From Felis catus (lineage: Eukaryota), in the NCBI RefSeq assembly GCF_018350175.1, contig NC_058383.1, positions 4,030,001 through 4,094,000 on the forward strand: a DNA stretch of 64,000 nt, written 5' to 3'. The notes under the pieces are model-generated. The model was not told where the DNA came from and searched no databases. It worked only from the letters and a program-made list of their open reading frames with translations. Of the stretch, positions 12,038-24,450 are shown piece after piece (positions within the stretch are counted from its first letter, which is position 1; every line of letters starts with the position of its first letter). The translations under genes and the position numbers were made by a program.

Positions 12038-12939
12038 AGTGTTCAAATTTCTAGGAGCTGATCACCAGCTCTGACGTTCAGCCCCTCTCTCATTGGGGCT
12101 TCTCTAACATGCCCAGGCTGTCGTCCATCCCTGTCCCACTTACCCAGCCCCTGATGACCGGGCACCCCTGATCCCAGGCCTCCCAAGAGGGTTCAAAGCC
12201 CGGGATCCGGCCTTGGAGGGTCCCTTTGGGTCCAATGGCTGGGCCTTGCTGGCCTCTTGTGGCCAGAAGCAGAATTATCACATCATGACACATTAAAAAT
12301 GACAAATCTGGGAGTGGGCTCAATCTTGAAGTAGCTGGGGGCAGAGAACCAGCTTGCTCACCCACTTTCCTGGGGGTATAACTTAGAGCGACCTTTTCAG
12401 CAATACATGTCAACATGTAGAATGCACGGAGCTTTGACCCATTGACCCCAGCTCTGGAAATCACAGATGATACCCTCTTGCCAAAATGTGTTTCCTCTAG
12501 TTCTAAGTACAAGAGATAAGAGGAACATTCTCATCCTCGTGTTACATGAAACCACAGGAAGGTAATCAGCCGAATCCAAAATGTGGGGCCATCTGTAGGA
12601 CAACAGATCCTGTCCCTGCAAAAAAAATGGCCTGGCATAAAAACTGGGAGCGGGGAGACTGTTCTGATAAAAAAGAGATTTCCAAGATCAGAGGATATAT
12701 AATATAGCCAATATAATCCAATGTATTATACATCCAATATAATATAGAGCTGTAGTTTGGATCCTGGCTCAAAGGAAACCATGGTAAAAAGACGTCTATG
12801 AGATAATCATGGGAAACGGATTCCCGGCAGCGGAATACATGATACAAAGGGATGACTGCTCATTTTGTGAAGGGGGATAATGGCATTAAGGCCATTTGGC
12901 TGCCAGGATGGTCAGGGATGTTGGTCAGCACTGGTCTGA

Positions 12940-13390
12940 GTTCCGTTCAGACCTGAAAGATGGGAGGCAGGGGTGGGGGCAGAGTGGAAGCAAAGGGAAA
13001 GTCTTCAAGGTGGGAAAGAGAGAAGAGAGAGATTAGAAGAAGCATGACGGGGCTGGTAGAAGGAAGGTGGTCCCGGGTGAAATGGAAGCAGGTGCAGAGA
13101 TTGCACAGAACAGGTGATTGTAGACCGTGGTGAAGAAATTGGATTTGATTGGGTATTGGGGTGGAGAGGGTGTCCATGACCCCATTGCCTTTAGGGTTCC
13201 TCTGAGCAGTGCTTCCCATTGGTTGAAAGGGGGCGAGGGTGAAAGCGTGGAAACCAGAAGGAAGTCTTTTCTCACCGCAAGGTCAGAGATGATGGTGCCT
13301 GAGACGTTGATGGGGATGGGGAGGGGGAGTGGTTAGTTCCTAACTGTATTTTGGAGATAGCATCTACGCTGTTCATTGAGGATGTGGGAG
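12940..13390. mobile_element. L2 (LINE2) fragment
   Basis: Purine-rich 'gattgtagacc..ggtgaagaaattggatttgat...gacc..attgcctttagg...gtcagagatgatggtgcctgagac...tattttggagatag' pattern. Confidence 0.55.
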
Positions 13391-14175
13391 ACTGAATATA
13401 CAAACGGGCAGTGGCCAGTCCACAAATGAGGATCGAACTCTGACCTACCACCCACAGCAACCAGTCCAGGATGTCAGACAACCTCCCCAGTAGCCATTGG
13501 CCCCAAATGCCACACTGGATCCATCGATAACTGACAGCTTCCTTCCTGTTTGTCCCCACTTCCAACTTGGAACCAATCAGAGAAAACCGGTGATGCTCCC
13601 CTCACCAGTCACAAAGTGAGCCTGGCGTTTTCACTTAACACCATGCATACCCTGGGGACATTTCCAGGCCCTGGGATTGAAGGCACTTTGCTACTGGATT
13701 CCACTGTATGGCCATCCTACCATCTTTAAAACAGCATTTCCCAGTTGATGGGTATCTAGAATGTCCCACTTTGTGGCTTCTCTCTTCCCATCACATTTTT
13801 TACTCCTAGATTTATTTCTTCTGTCTAGACCTCTCCCCTGAGTTCCAGATGGTTAGGGTCAACTATTCCTGTGATGGAAAAACCCAAAGCAGGTCAGGGA
13901 ACCACTCCCTTCCAAGGCCTTCCCACCTCGGCGGGCGGTCCTTTGTTTCTCTTTCATGCTCTCTCCATGGGAGTGAGCGAGACCACCACCGGGCAGGCAG
14001 GCAGAGGCTATTCGGTGCTTCCACAACAAGGAGGTCGGCCACTGTCACTTGTTTGATGGACTGGAAGGCAGGCAGGAGGGTGGGAGAGCTCAACAGTGAC
14101 GGGAGGAAAGTCTTCGGTGGCCTGATTGGAGGCTGTCACCCTGGAGAAGTTGGACATATCTCCCAGGTATGTTGT

Positions 14176-16170
14176 AGAACTCTATGATGTTGGAGGAAGG
14201 GGACTTGTAGACCCTCTCCCCAGCAAAACAGCAATTCATCTGATGACAATATTCAAAACCAATCATTCAAAGCCTCTGGAAATGCTTGTAAGGGCATATG
14301 GCAAATAGAGAAACTTTCATTCAAGAAAATCTACTAAATCTCTGTAAAAGCCACGCCCCCTGGCTCACCCACCCTGGAGCCATGGAGCTCCGGAAGCCCC
14401 TCCCAGGGCTGGTGCAGCCAAGGAAAGGGGCTCCCTCTCCTCCCCCCCACCCCCCAGTTCAGTCCAGGGCTCCAGATTCACTCTCCGACCCAACCGCACT
14501 GCAGAAACTCTGGTCCAGGCCATGTGACTGGCCTGGAGTCCCCAGTCCCTGTTCCGCCCAGCCCTCACTCTGGGGCACAGCTGAGAACACTGGGGCCCCA
14601 GTCGCCCCCATCCCAGCTCACTCTGCACTCACAGCAGTGGAAGCTGCGAAGACCAGGCCGGCCACCCCACCCTGCCCCGCTGCTCACTCATAGGGCAAGA
14701 GCATCACTCCCAGAAAATCTGGTCCCCACCCGGCTCAGGTGAAGTGGCCCAGGGTCCTGCCCAGAGGAAGTGGCAGGCTCCAGGAGGAGGAGCTGAGCAG
14801 CTATGCTGGAGAAGACTGGTGTCATGTAGAGTTGAAAACTCCAAGCTTGGAGGGAGATCTGGCAGATTCCCACGGCCTTCCCGGGATGGCAGACAGCTCT
14901 GGGAATCAGGAAGACTGTACCCACTCCAAGGCATTCAGAACAGCACTCAGGGTAAACTCCAAGGCATTCCCCATGCCGCACCCAGCTCTCGCTGAAACAG
15001 GTGGATGCCTCAATGGCACAAGGAACTTACCAGAACTTCGGACCCACACATACTGGACAGTAGCTACTATTCCTCAGTGGTGGCTCCAAGCAAGCCATAG
15101 GGGTTGAAATGCTATCCAAGTCAACTCTGGCCATCTGAAAGACTGTGTGCAAGCCCAGGGCTCCACCCCATTGGGAGAGACCATAGAAAGAACTCTGAGC
15201 TACTAGTTTCCGGCCGAACAGAAGGCAGAAACAAACTCTCTGAACTGTGATAGTAGCTTCTAGGCCACACGTACAACAGTAGCAGGTAAAAATCTAACTG
15301 ACCTAGGGCCTTACAGAACCTTTGACCCATCGGTCGCTTAAGCGGAGCCAGAGATGTCCCCAGGTAGGCAGGTTAAAAAGCAAAAATAAGGGGCGCCTGG
15401 GTGGCTCAGAAAGATAAGCCTCTGACTTCTGCTCAGGTCATGATCTCGCAGTTCACGGGTTTGAGCCCCGTGTTGGGCTCTGTGCTGACAGCTCAGAACC
15501 TGGAGCCTGCTTCCAATTCTATGTGTCCCTCTCTCTCTGCCCCTCCCCTGCTCAAGCTCTGTCTCTCTCTGTCTCTCAAAAATGAATAAACGTTTTAAAA
15601 AAAACTTTAAGGCAAAAATGAGAGGAAAAAAATCTGAGTGGGGAGATCAGAAATTGCGTACCGAGAGTTGAGGGATGCAGGGGTGGGATTGACTTCTCAG
15701 AATTGGTTCAACCAAGTCACCGAACAAATACACAAATTACCAAGCCAACAACAATAACATCTCCCGAGGCAGGAGCAGAGGACCAGTATCCAAAGTTACT
15801 ACAATATATTATTTAAAATGTCTAGTTTTCGAGAAAAATTGTGAGACATGAAAAGAAACAAGACAGCATGACCTATACACAGGCTTCACTGGAAAATTCT
15901 ACTAAACATTGACAGACAAATTAACATCAATTCTTCTCAAACTCTTCCAAAAAATAGAAAAGGAGGGAACATTTACTAACTCATTTTATGAGACTAGCAT
16001 TATCTTACCACAAAGCTAGAGAAAAATACCAAAAGGAGAGAAAACCCTACAAAAAAAATATTCCTAGTATACAATTCTCAAAAAAAAGAGAATACTAGCA
16101 AACCGTATCTGACAGAAAATTAAAATAATTATATACCATGACCAAATGGAATTTAACATATTTTTTTTTT

Positions 16171-16222
<52 letters not shown>

Positions 16223-17220
16223 GCTCACGTAGGGGAGGGGCAGAGAGAGAAAGAGAGAGAGAGGGAGAGAATCCCAAGCAGGCTACACATCTAGCTTGGA
16301 GCCCAACTCAGGGTTTGATCCTACAATCGTGAGATCATGACCTGAGCCCAAATCAAGAGTTGGATGCTTAACTGACTGAGTTACCTATGTGCCCCTGATC
16401 AGTTTTCTTATGTTGCATTCCAGGGATAAATTCCATTTGGTCAGGGCTCCTGGGTGACCCTATGAGGAGCCTGATTAAGATTCTCTCTCTCCCCCTCTGC
16501 CCCTCTCCTCCCCTTGTGCACACATTCTCTCTTTTTCTCTTTCTCTCTCTCTCTCTCAGAAAGAAAGAAAGAAAGGAAGAAAGGAAGAAAGATAACTGAT
16601 CAATGTAATATACTATGTTAATAGAATAAAGAACAGAAACCACATGATCATCCTATAGCTGCAGAAATGCTTTTAACAAAACCTAACCACCTTTCGTGAT
16701 AAAACTCAACCGCTAGGAATAGAAGGAAATTTCACCCACATGATAAAGAGCATCTACAAAAAACTCATGAGCTAACCTCATACTTAATGGTGGAAGACGC
16801 AACGTTTTCCCTCCAGGATCAGGAATAAGCAAAGATGTCTGCTCTTGCCACTTTTCTTCAACACTCTGCTAAGGGTTTTAGCTGGGACAACTGGCCAGAG
16901 ACGTGTGCCAAGGTAAAAGAAATAAAAGGCCTCCATATTAGAAAGGAAGGAGTAAAACCTATTTGCAGATAATGTGCTAGTGTATACAGAAAATTTTAAG
17001 GAATCCGCTGAAACAAAACTATTGGGGTAATACCAGAACAATATATGAAAATCAAGAGTTTTTCTATGCTAGCAATGAGTAACCTGAAATGAAACTAACA
17101 AAAAATCCATTTATGCTTGCATCAAAAAGAATAAAATACTAAGGAATGAGTTTAACCAACGAACTGCAAGGCCTCTATATGGAAAACTGTTGAGCAGTGC
17201 TAAAAGAAAAAGACCTTTTT
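14176..17220 (+). mobile_element. Old L1 (5' region plus ORF2 fragments), interrupted by SINEs at about 15390-15606, 16161-16395 and 16443-16590
   Basis: ORF2-like 'ggcttcactggaaaattctac...caaactcttccaaaaaatagaa..ggagggaacat..ctaactcattttatgag', 'gatcaggaataagcaaagatgtctgctct', 'tatttgcagataatg'; frames disrupted. Confidence 0.8.
16176..16218. repeat. (GA)n microsatellite expanded within a SINE
   Basis: About 21 perfect GA units; a similar run lies at about 20386-20420. Confidence 0.9.
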
Positions 17221-19289
17221 ACTGAATCATCATCTTCATACATCTTTATACAGGTGAAGTCCATCAATACAACATTCTAATTATTTTTATGCCATTGTTT
17301 TTCAAGTCAAATAGAAGAAGAGTTACCAGCGCAATACATTCAGGCTATCTCTGTATTTACCTCCGTTGTAGCTTTACAAGTGCTCTGTATTTCTTCATGT
17401 GGTTTTGAGTTACTGTCCTCCATGGCTTCACTTCAGCCTGACGGCCTCTAGTATTTTCTGAACAGATTTCTATGATTTCTGTCTCTTTATTGAGATTCTC
17501 TTTGGTGAGACACGGTCATCATACCCGTCTCATAATTCTTCAAGTATGGTTTCTTTCGGTTTTTTGAATTTATTTGTAATAGATGCTTTCAAATCTTTGT
17601 TCACTAAACCTACCCTCTGGGTCCCTTCAAAGGCAATAACTTTTCCCCCTGTTCGGGGGCCATACTTTCCCGTTTCTTTGTGCATCTCACAGTTTTTTGT
17701 GGACTCTCAGGAATATGCCAGGAGCATTTCAAAGCTTCTTATGGACATCTCATCCCCCAGACGTTCCTTTCAAGGATTTGTTTTTTGTGTGTTTCAGTTT
17801 TGGTTTTGCTTAGTCCCTTGTTCGCCCTAACTGGTAACCTCAAGGCAGTTGCAATACAATAGAATACAATTGCCAATGATTGTTTCGGTCAAATGTCTTG
17901 GGGATGAGCTGGCAAACTCTTGGATCAAATGAAGACAAGCTCTGAAAGGGACTTTTTCAGCAAACTATCAGGCAGGTCAAATAGTGACCATTCTCTGGGG
18001 ATGGGGCTTTTGGGGGAGCTCCAAGCCCTTTCTGCCCGCCTCCAGTGACCACTAGGCTGTTTGTTTTTACATCCATCACAGTTGTAAGGCTGCTGATCTT
18101 TAAGGCTACCATGGATCTTGGATAGAGAGATGAGATTAGGGAAAATTAAAAAGCCACAAATCTCACTGCTGTCGCTGAGACGCGGCTGTTTTGTTTGAAC
18201 GAAAGCTTCTTAGATGGTTGCAAGCCTTTTGCTGTTAATTTCCAGAGTTCCGAAAAGGTTGATTTTGATCATTTTTGCCAGCGTTCTCTTTGCCTTCATG
18301 GAGGAATGGTTTTCAGAGATTCTTGCTCCACTATTCTGGAAGGGCTTCCTTCCCACCCATTCAACCCCCACAGCATTCTCCAGAGGTGAATTATTCTAGC
18401 CCTTGTTATTGTTGAGGAAACATGCTCGGAGAGGTTACGTGGCTCACCTGATGAGGCGCAGCTCGTGAGAATCGGAACCAGGATCCGAATCTCGGTATGC
18501 CTGTGCGATTTCGGTGTGGTGCGTATCCCGACCTCTCTCCCACTGCCTCACCTCATGCAAGGTGCGCTCCAGCACCCTTTCACTCAGCCCTTAGTTCCCT
18601 CCTCCGTGCCAGCTGTTTAACCCACGGGTTTATTTAGGAACTCGCCTGTGGGAGGATTGCTCATCTCTGAACGTTGCACATAAGAAGAATACTTGGGGAG
18701 TTTTTTGAGCACCGGCAGATGATGGTTCTGTTCTAAGGTTGACAGGAGGGAGGGAAGCAGCGATGACAGAAGCTCAGGAGAGCATCCTTCCTGCTCTGTC
18801 TGCCATCAGGAATGTCAGCTCATGTCCTCCCCAGGAGAGCTGGGACACGAGGGTGCATTTCTGAGTCACACGCAGGTCAAGCTCTTTGGCGCAATCCCAG
18901 TCTGCTCCCCAGCAACGCTTGTCCGTGGTTCCCAACATCTCCCAGATCATAGAGCAGGGAATCAAAATCTGGGCGGGTGGGTAGCAGCCCTGAGCGCCAG
19001 CCCATTCTGGCCCGCAGGAACGGAAGCCCAGAGCTGAGTTGTTCAAGGACCAAGTTCTAGCATTCTAGGGAATGGGATCGCACAGTGACCGATACAGACA
19101 AAAATCCTCCCTCAGTGGAGGATTATGTTCTGGTCAGGAGGGGGCGTTTTGTGGTCCATCGGAAAGTGATAAGTACTATTAGAGACAGAGAGCAAGGAGA
19201 GGGATGGGGAATAGAAGAAAGTAGGGAGGTGACCATTTTTAAGAGGGTTATCCAGTTCGTACCCCATCTCTTCTGACCGGAAGTTCACA

Positions 19290-19800
19290 CGGTGGTGAGG
19301 AAGCTTTGACAGTGTGCTCATGCCCTTGGAATTCACCGTCCTTATCATGTGCCCTATTGCCTAGAGAGATGGCAGAATGGCTTACTGAAGGTTTAGTTGT
19401 GGCACCAGCTAAGAGACCACACCCTGTGGGGTTGGGTTGTCATTCCACAGTAGGCAATACATGCCTGCAAACTGGGAGTGGAGGTGGTAGGGTCTTCTTG
19501 CATGTGACAAAGAATAATCCACTGAAAATGTTTTGTTTCCATCCACACACCCCTGGGCTCACTGGATTTTGAGGTTGTAGTACCCAAAGGACCGCTACTA
19601 CTCCAGGGAACAGACTCATGGTTCAGGTAGATTGGAAACTGAGTCGACCCTCTGGCCATTTGGAAATCCTCACTTGCTGAACCGATAGAAGTTACTATCC
19701 TGGATGAAGTGATAGATTCCGATGAACGAGGGGAAACCGGGTGGCTTTTCCAAATGAAGCCAAGAACTGTGTCGAGAACCCAGGAGATTTCTTCAGGCAC
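19290..19800 (+). mobile_element. ERVL/MaLR internal (pol-end/dUTPase-like) remnant
   Basis: 'ttactgaaggtttagttgtggcaccagct', 'ggaaactgagtcgaccctctggccatttgg', 'gttactatcctggatgaagtgatagattccgat' resemble ERVL internal sequence; degraded. Confidence 0.5.
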
Positions 19801-20383
19801 CTCTTTATGTGGCTCTGTTCAAAAATAATGGTCCGTAGGAAACTGTGCCAACTGATAGATACACCACTAAAGACATCGCTCCTGTGTTACATCTTGACTT
19901 CTGGTGATTGGCGATCGGCTATATGGGCATTCACATACGTGTATTTATACATTTACACATGTCCATGCCCATGTAGCCAACCACCGAAATCAAGACATAG
20001 GGCAGCTCCAGCACTCCAGCTGGTTCCCCTCATGTCCCCTCCGACCCAATCCCCCGCCAGAGGTAACCACTACTCTGCCTATTTTTGACTTCATATAAAT
20101 GGACTCATACAGTATATATCCTTTTTTTTTTAATGTTTATTTTTGAGAGAGAGAGAAAGACAGAATGCGAGCAGGGGAGGGGCAAAGAGAAGAGGAAGAC
20201 ACAGAATCCAAAGCAGGCTCCAGGCTCTGGGCCGTCAGCACTGAGCCTGACGTGGGGCTCGAACTCACAAACCGTGAGATTGTGACCTGAACCGAAGTTG
20301 AATGCTTAAATGATTGAGCCACCCAGGTGCCCCCTTTTTTTTAAGTTTATTTATTCTCAGAGACAAAGCACAAGCAGCGGAGG

Positions 20384-20423
<40 letters not shown>

Positions 20424-21114
20424 CCCAAGCAGGCTCCATACTGTCAGCATGAAGGCTGATGTGGGCTCAATCCTATGAACCATGAGATCATAACCTAAGC
20501 CGAAATCAAGAGTCGGACGCTTAACTGACTGAGCCACACAGGGCCTCATATATTCTTTTGCATCTGGCTTTTTAAACTCAGTATTGTATCTGTGAGATTC
20601 ACTCATATGCGTATGGCCTTTTAATTGGTCTGTAGTATTCTTCTGTATGAATGTACCACCATTTACTTACTCATTCTGCTGTAGATGAATGTTTGGGTTA
20701 TCTCCAGTTTGCGATTATGACGAGTAAAGCAGCTGTGAGCGTTCCTATACCTGCCTTTTGGGGAAAATATGCATTAGTTACCACTGAGTACATATACCTA
20801 GAAGTGAACTGTCTGAGTCACAGGGAATATGTATGTTTAACTTTAGTAAATACTGTCAAATGGGGTTTCCAAGGTGATTCTAACAATTCATTTTTTAAAA
20901 AAGATTTTATATTGAAGTGATCTCTACAGTCAACGTGGGGCTCGAACTTACAACCCCAAGATCAAGAGTCACTGCTCTGCCGCCTGAGCCAGCCAGGGGC
21001 GCGGAGTCTAGCCATTTAAGACTTTTCCTCACAGTGTTATGAGAGTTCCAGTTGCTCTGCAATTATTGTCTACACTTTGCATTGTCGATCATTTTAATTT
21101 TAGCCGACACATTA

Positions 21115-21759
21115 TGTCAAAAGTTCAGAACCAAAAAAGAAAATCGGGGTGCCTGGGTGGCTCAGGGTGGGTTAAGCGTCCAACTTCGGCTCAGGCCATG
21201 ATCTTGGGGTTTGTGAGTTCTAGCACGTCGGGCTCTGTGCTGACAGCTCAGAGCCTGGAGCCTGCCTCGGATCCTGGGTCTCCCTCTCTCTCTGCCCCTC
21301 CCCTGCTCGCATTCTGTCTCTCTCCCTCAAAAATAAATAAACTTAAAAAAAGAAAATCAGTGAATTGCTGAAGTAATAGTTAGAAGTTTATGGTGCACCC
21401 ACCAAAAAGACAGTTTGCAAACGAGGAGCACTCACACCAAAACACAGAATGAGGCTCGGAGGTATAGCATCATAGAGCAGCTGCTAGAGTGTGGAGCGTG
21501 GAAGCAATGACTGCTCTTTAGCGATTGGGTACAGTATTAGAATCTTCTGAACTAAAAGGAAATTTGCTGGTGGTCGCCTCACATCAACTTTGGGGAACTA
21601 CTTTGGTTTCGCTTGTGATTTTCAGAGGCACAAGCAAGGTCAAGTTAGCTTTTGCTAGTCTTGCAAAATAAGCTAAATTAAGCTTTGCTTGTATGACGAC
21701 ACTGGCGTTGTCAACTCAGAATTTTCGAGTCTGGTCTCCATTTGTATTTGATTTTAACA
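21115..21759. mobile_element. Probable solo LTR with a SINE (21146-21350) inside
   Basis: TGTCAAAA...TTTAACA termini interrupting the L1; the internal SINE is flanked by an AAAAAAGAAAATC duplication. Confidence 0.5.
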
Positions 21760-21970
21760 GGTGGATGCTTGTAGTATCTCATTTGCTCTTAATTTGCATT
21801 TTCTTGATGAGTATTAACGATGATCACCTTCTCAGGTGCTCATTAGCCGTTTTGATATTTTCTGAAGTACCATGCTCAAGTACCCAAAAATGAGTTGGTA
21901 TTTTCCTCATTGATTTGTAGAAATTCTTCTAACGTTCTGGAAAGAAGTCCTTTGTCAACAATGTGTACAA

Positions 21971-22251
21971 CAGGGCTGAGCTCGCCGTTGCCCTTGGCCG
22001 TGGAGCCGTTTTTTGGCACCAAGGGCGCAGCATCCGTGATGAACGTAATTCAGATTGTTTGTGACCACTGGGTACATACACTTGTACCCGTGGGATTTGT
22101 CCTTGGATGTTATCTAGACAAAAAGAATGATGAAAAACTAACTGCCTTCCAGAACAAGAGTGTGTTGCTTAAAAGGGAATTGAGACCCAGTGAAGAAGTC
22201 ACCTGGAAATAAAGGCTGTGACTGAAATAAAGAATGTTTATCTTAAAAAAA
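21971..22251 (+). pseudogene. NDUFB1: NDUFB1 processed retrocopy (complex I MNLL subunit); ORF 22039-22212 is open (57 aa)
   Basis: Intronless [57 protein letters not shown] matches NDUFB1; GC-rich UTR-like leader, AATAAA at 22226-22231, A-tract at about 22245, inserted within an L1. Confidence 0.9.
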
Positions 22252-22644
22252 TTAGGAAATAAAAACACACTATTTTCAAAATGTATTTCAAGTGTATGTA
22301 TTGAAAGCTTATGTACCCCACTCATTCTGAGGCTTGCCTTCTTGACCTGTCTTGACGAGAAGTTGTTTTTAAAGTTTATTTATTTGTTTCTTTATTTTTG
22401 AGAGCGAGAGAGACAGACCATGAGTGGGACAGGGGCAGAGAGAGAGGGAGACCCAGAATCCAAAGCAGGCTCCAGGCTCCAAGCTGACAGCACAGAGCCG
22501 GACGCGGGGCTGGAACTCACGGCCGGCGAGATCATGACCTGAGCTGAAGTTGGCTGCTTAACCGACTGAGCAGCCAGGTGCCCCATAAAGTTTATTTATT
22601 TTTGAGAGAGAGAGAAAGAGAGCACGAGTGAGCTGGGGAGGGGT

Positions 22645-22675
<31 letters not shown>

Positions 22676-23739
22676 CAAGCAGGGTGGCTAGATCTCAATA
22701 ACGTGAGATCACCACCTGAGCCGAAACCAAGAGTCAGGCACTTAACTGACGAGCCCCCCAGGCGCCCTGAGCAGTTGCTCTCCGTTTTGATGAAGATTAA
22801 CGTTTTATTTTGTGGTTAGTACTTTTTAAAGTACTCATTTGGGAGACTTCATTTACTCCAGAGCCATCAAGGCATTCTCCTACGTTTTCTTCCAGAAACT
22901 TGACTGTTTTACCTTTCACGAGTACGTCCACAATCCATCTCAAACTAGTTTTTGAGTTCGGTGGGAGGTAGGAGAGCCAGCACCTTTAAAGGAAAGGACC
23001 ATTGTTTCCTCAAGGATTTGCAACGCATTCTTGACTCTGGGCTAAAAATTAGCTTCCCTGCGCACAGATTGAATTGTGCCATTCTCCTGCCTAAGTGTTT
23101 TCAATGGCAACCCGTTGTTTAGATAATGTTCAGGCTCTTGCTTAATGTATCTTAACAACACCCCGCTCGATTTGGCCACTTCCAGTTTCACAAGCCCAAT
23201 CTTGTGTCCATCACCCCACTCTAAGCTTAGACACGCTGAGCAGAGCGTTCCCTTGGACACACTCTCACCTCTGAACCTTTGCCATACAGAATGCTTCTGT
23301 AGGTTACCTACTATTCAAACTTCAGGTCGTACCTCCTCCAGGAAGCCTTCTCTGACTGCACATTCCCTGTCCCTTAAGTCTAGGTTGAGTGACCTCATCA
23401 TGTGCTCTCTTGTACTCCGGCTTGTAATTGTGTTCCGGGGTAACTTCTCTGAGGGGAGGGAGGCCCATTTAGTTTACATGGAAGGTGTCTCGTAAATATG
23501 ATTGAACCCGTCACGGATCCAGAAAGCGGGCGCCTCAGGGAAAGAACGGGGTTACAATTCTCAGATTGAACACTTGGCGAATAGGTTAACACTTCTGAGC
23601 CTCAGTTTTCAAATCTGTAAAGTGGGGACGCAATAGTCTCTATGTAGGCCTGCCAGAAGCATCAAATAAGATGCTGCACATAAATCCTTAGCGCAAGGAC
23701 AGGCGCACAGCGGACACTTTTAATATTAATAAAACCATA

Positions 23740-24450
23740 GGGACTCACTTTTCCCTTACGCATGCGCCGTCCTCCGTACGCCAGCTAGCCCTGCCCGGCG
23801 CGCCCCTGCGCGTCCCCACGCGTGCGCGTGTTCGACCGGAACCCCAGCCCTGGCCGGAGATGAAGGGGCGGGACCTCCGCAATACGCCTGCGCCCTGAGA
23901 GGCCGTGCGCCGAGGAGGCGGGGCCGCGCCGGCGCGCAGGGCGTCCCGGCTCCTGAGCATAAACAAGAGCGGGCACGGGATGAGGCGGCGGTTGATCCCC
24001 GGGCAGCCAGCTGCGGCCAGCGAGGCGGCGAGCGGGGCCAGGCGCCGACCCTGAGCGCACCCGACTCGCCCTCCCGCGCGCGAGCCCTCGGCCGGGGCCA
24101 CCCTCCCGCCCGCCCGCCGCGCGCCCACCATGAACCTGGCGAGTCAGAGCGGCGAGGCCGGCGCCGGCCAGCTGCTCTTCGCCAACTTCAACCAGGACAA
24201 CACGTAAGGCCGGGCGGGGGTTGGGGCCCGAGGCCTGGGGCCGGGCGGGGGGCCGGGTCCGAGGGCCGGGGCCGGGGCCGGGGCGGGCGGGAGCCTGAGG
24301 CCGGGTTCAGGGCCGGAGATTCGGCCTGGAGGTTCGGGGTGGAGGCCGGGGCGGGCGGGGGCGTCCCCGGGGGCGGGCCTGGAGCGTGGAGGGAGGGGCG
24401 CTGCCCTCGGGGACCCTCCGGGCTCTGCGCTGGAGCTGCGATCCCTGGGC
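23740..24450 (+). promoter_or_regulatory. WIPI2: WIPI2 CpG-island promoter and 5' UTR
   Basis: CpG-dense; NRF1-like ACGCATGCGC (23758-23767), GC boxes (about 23864 and 23917), forkhead-like ATAAACA (23959-23965). Confidence 0.85.
24130..24203 (+). CDS. WIPI2: WIPI2 exon 1 ([25 protein letters not shown])
   Basis: cccaccATG Kozak context; AC|GTAAGG donor. Confidence 0.96.

Larger units (their letters stand above)
19900..23030 (-). mobile_element. Old L1 3' region (antisense) hosting nested insertions: SINEs, an LTR and the NDUFB1 retrocopy
   Basis: T-rich L1 3' motifs ('gtagatgaatgtttgggttatctccagtttg', 'ttaatttgcattttcttgatg', 'aagtcctttgtca') resume after each insertion; SINEs at about 20122-20545, 20891-21001 and 22372-22768. 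Confidence 0.7.

Noticed and set aside
21895..22038. N-terminal extension of the NDUFB1-like ORF (105 aa in the track)
   Set aside because: Begins at TTG within L1 sequence and runs through the UTR-derived leader; the true homology starts at about 22036-22039.
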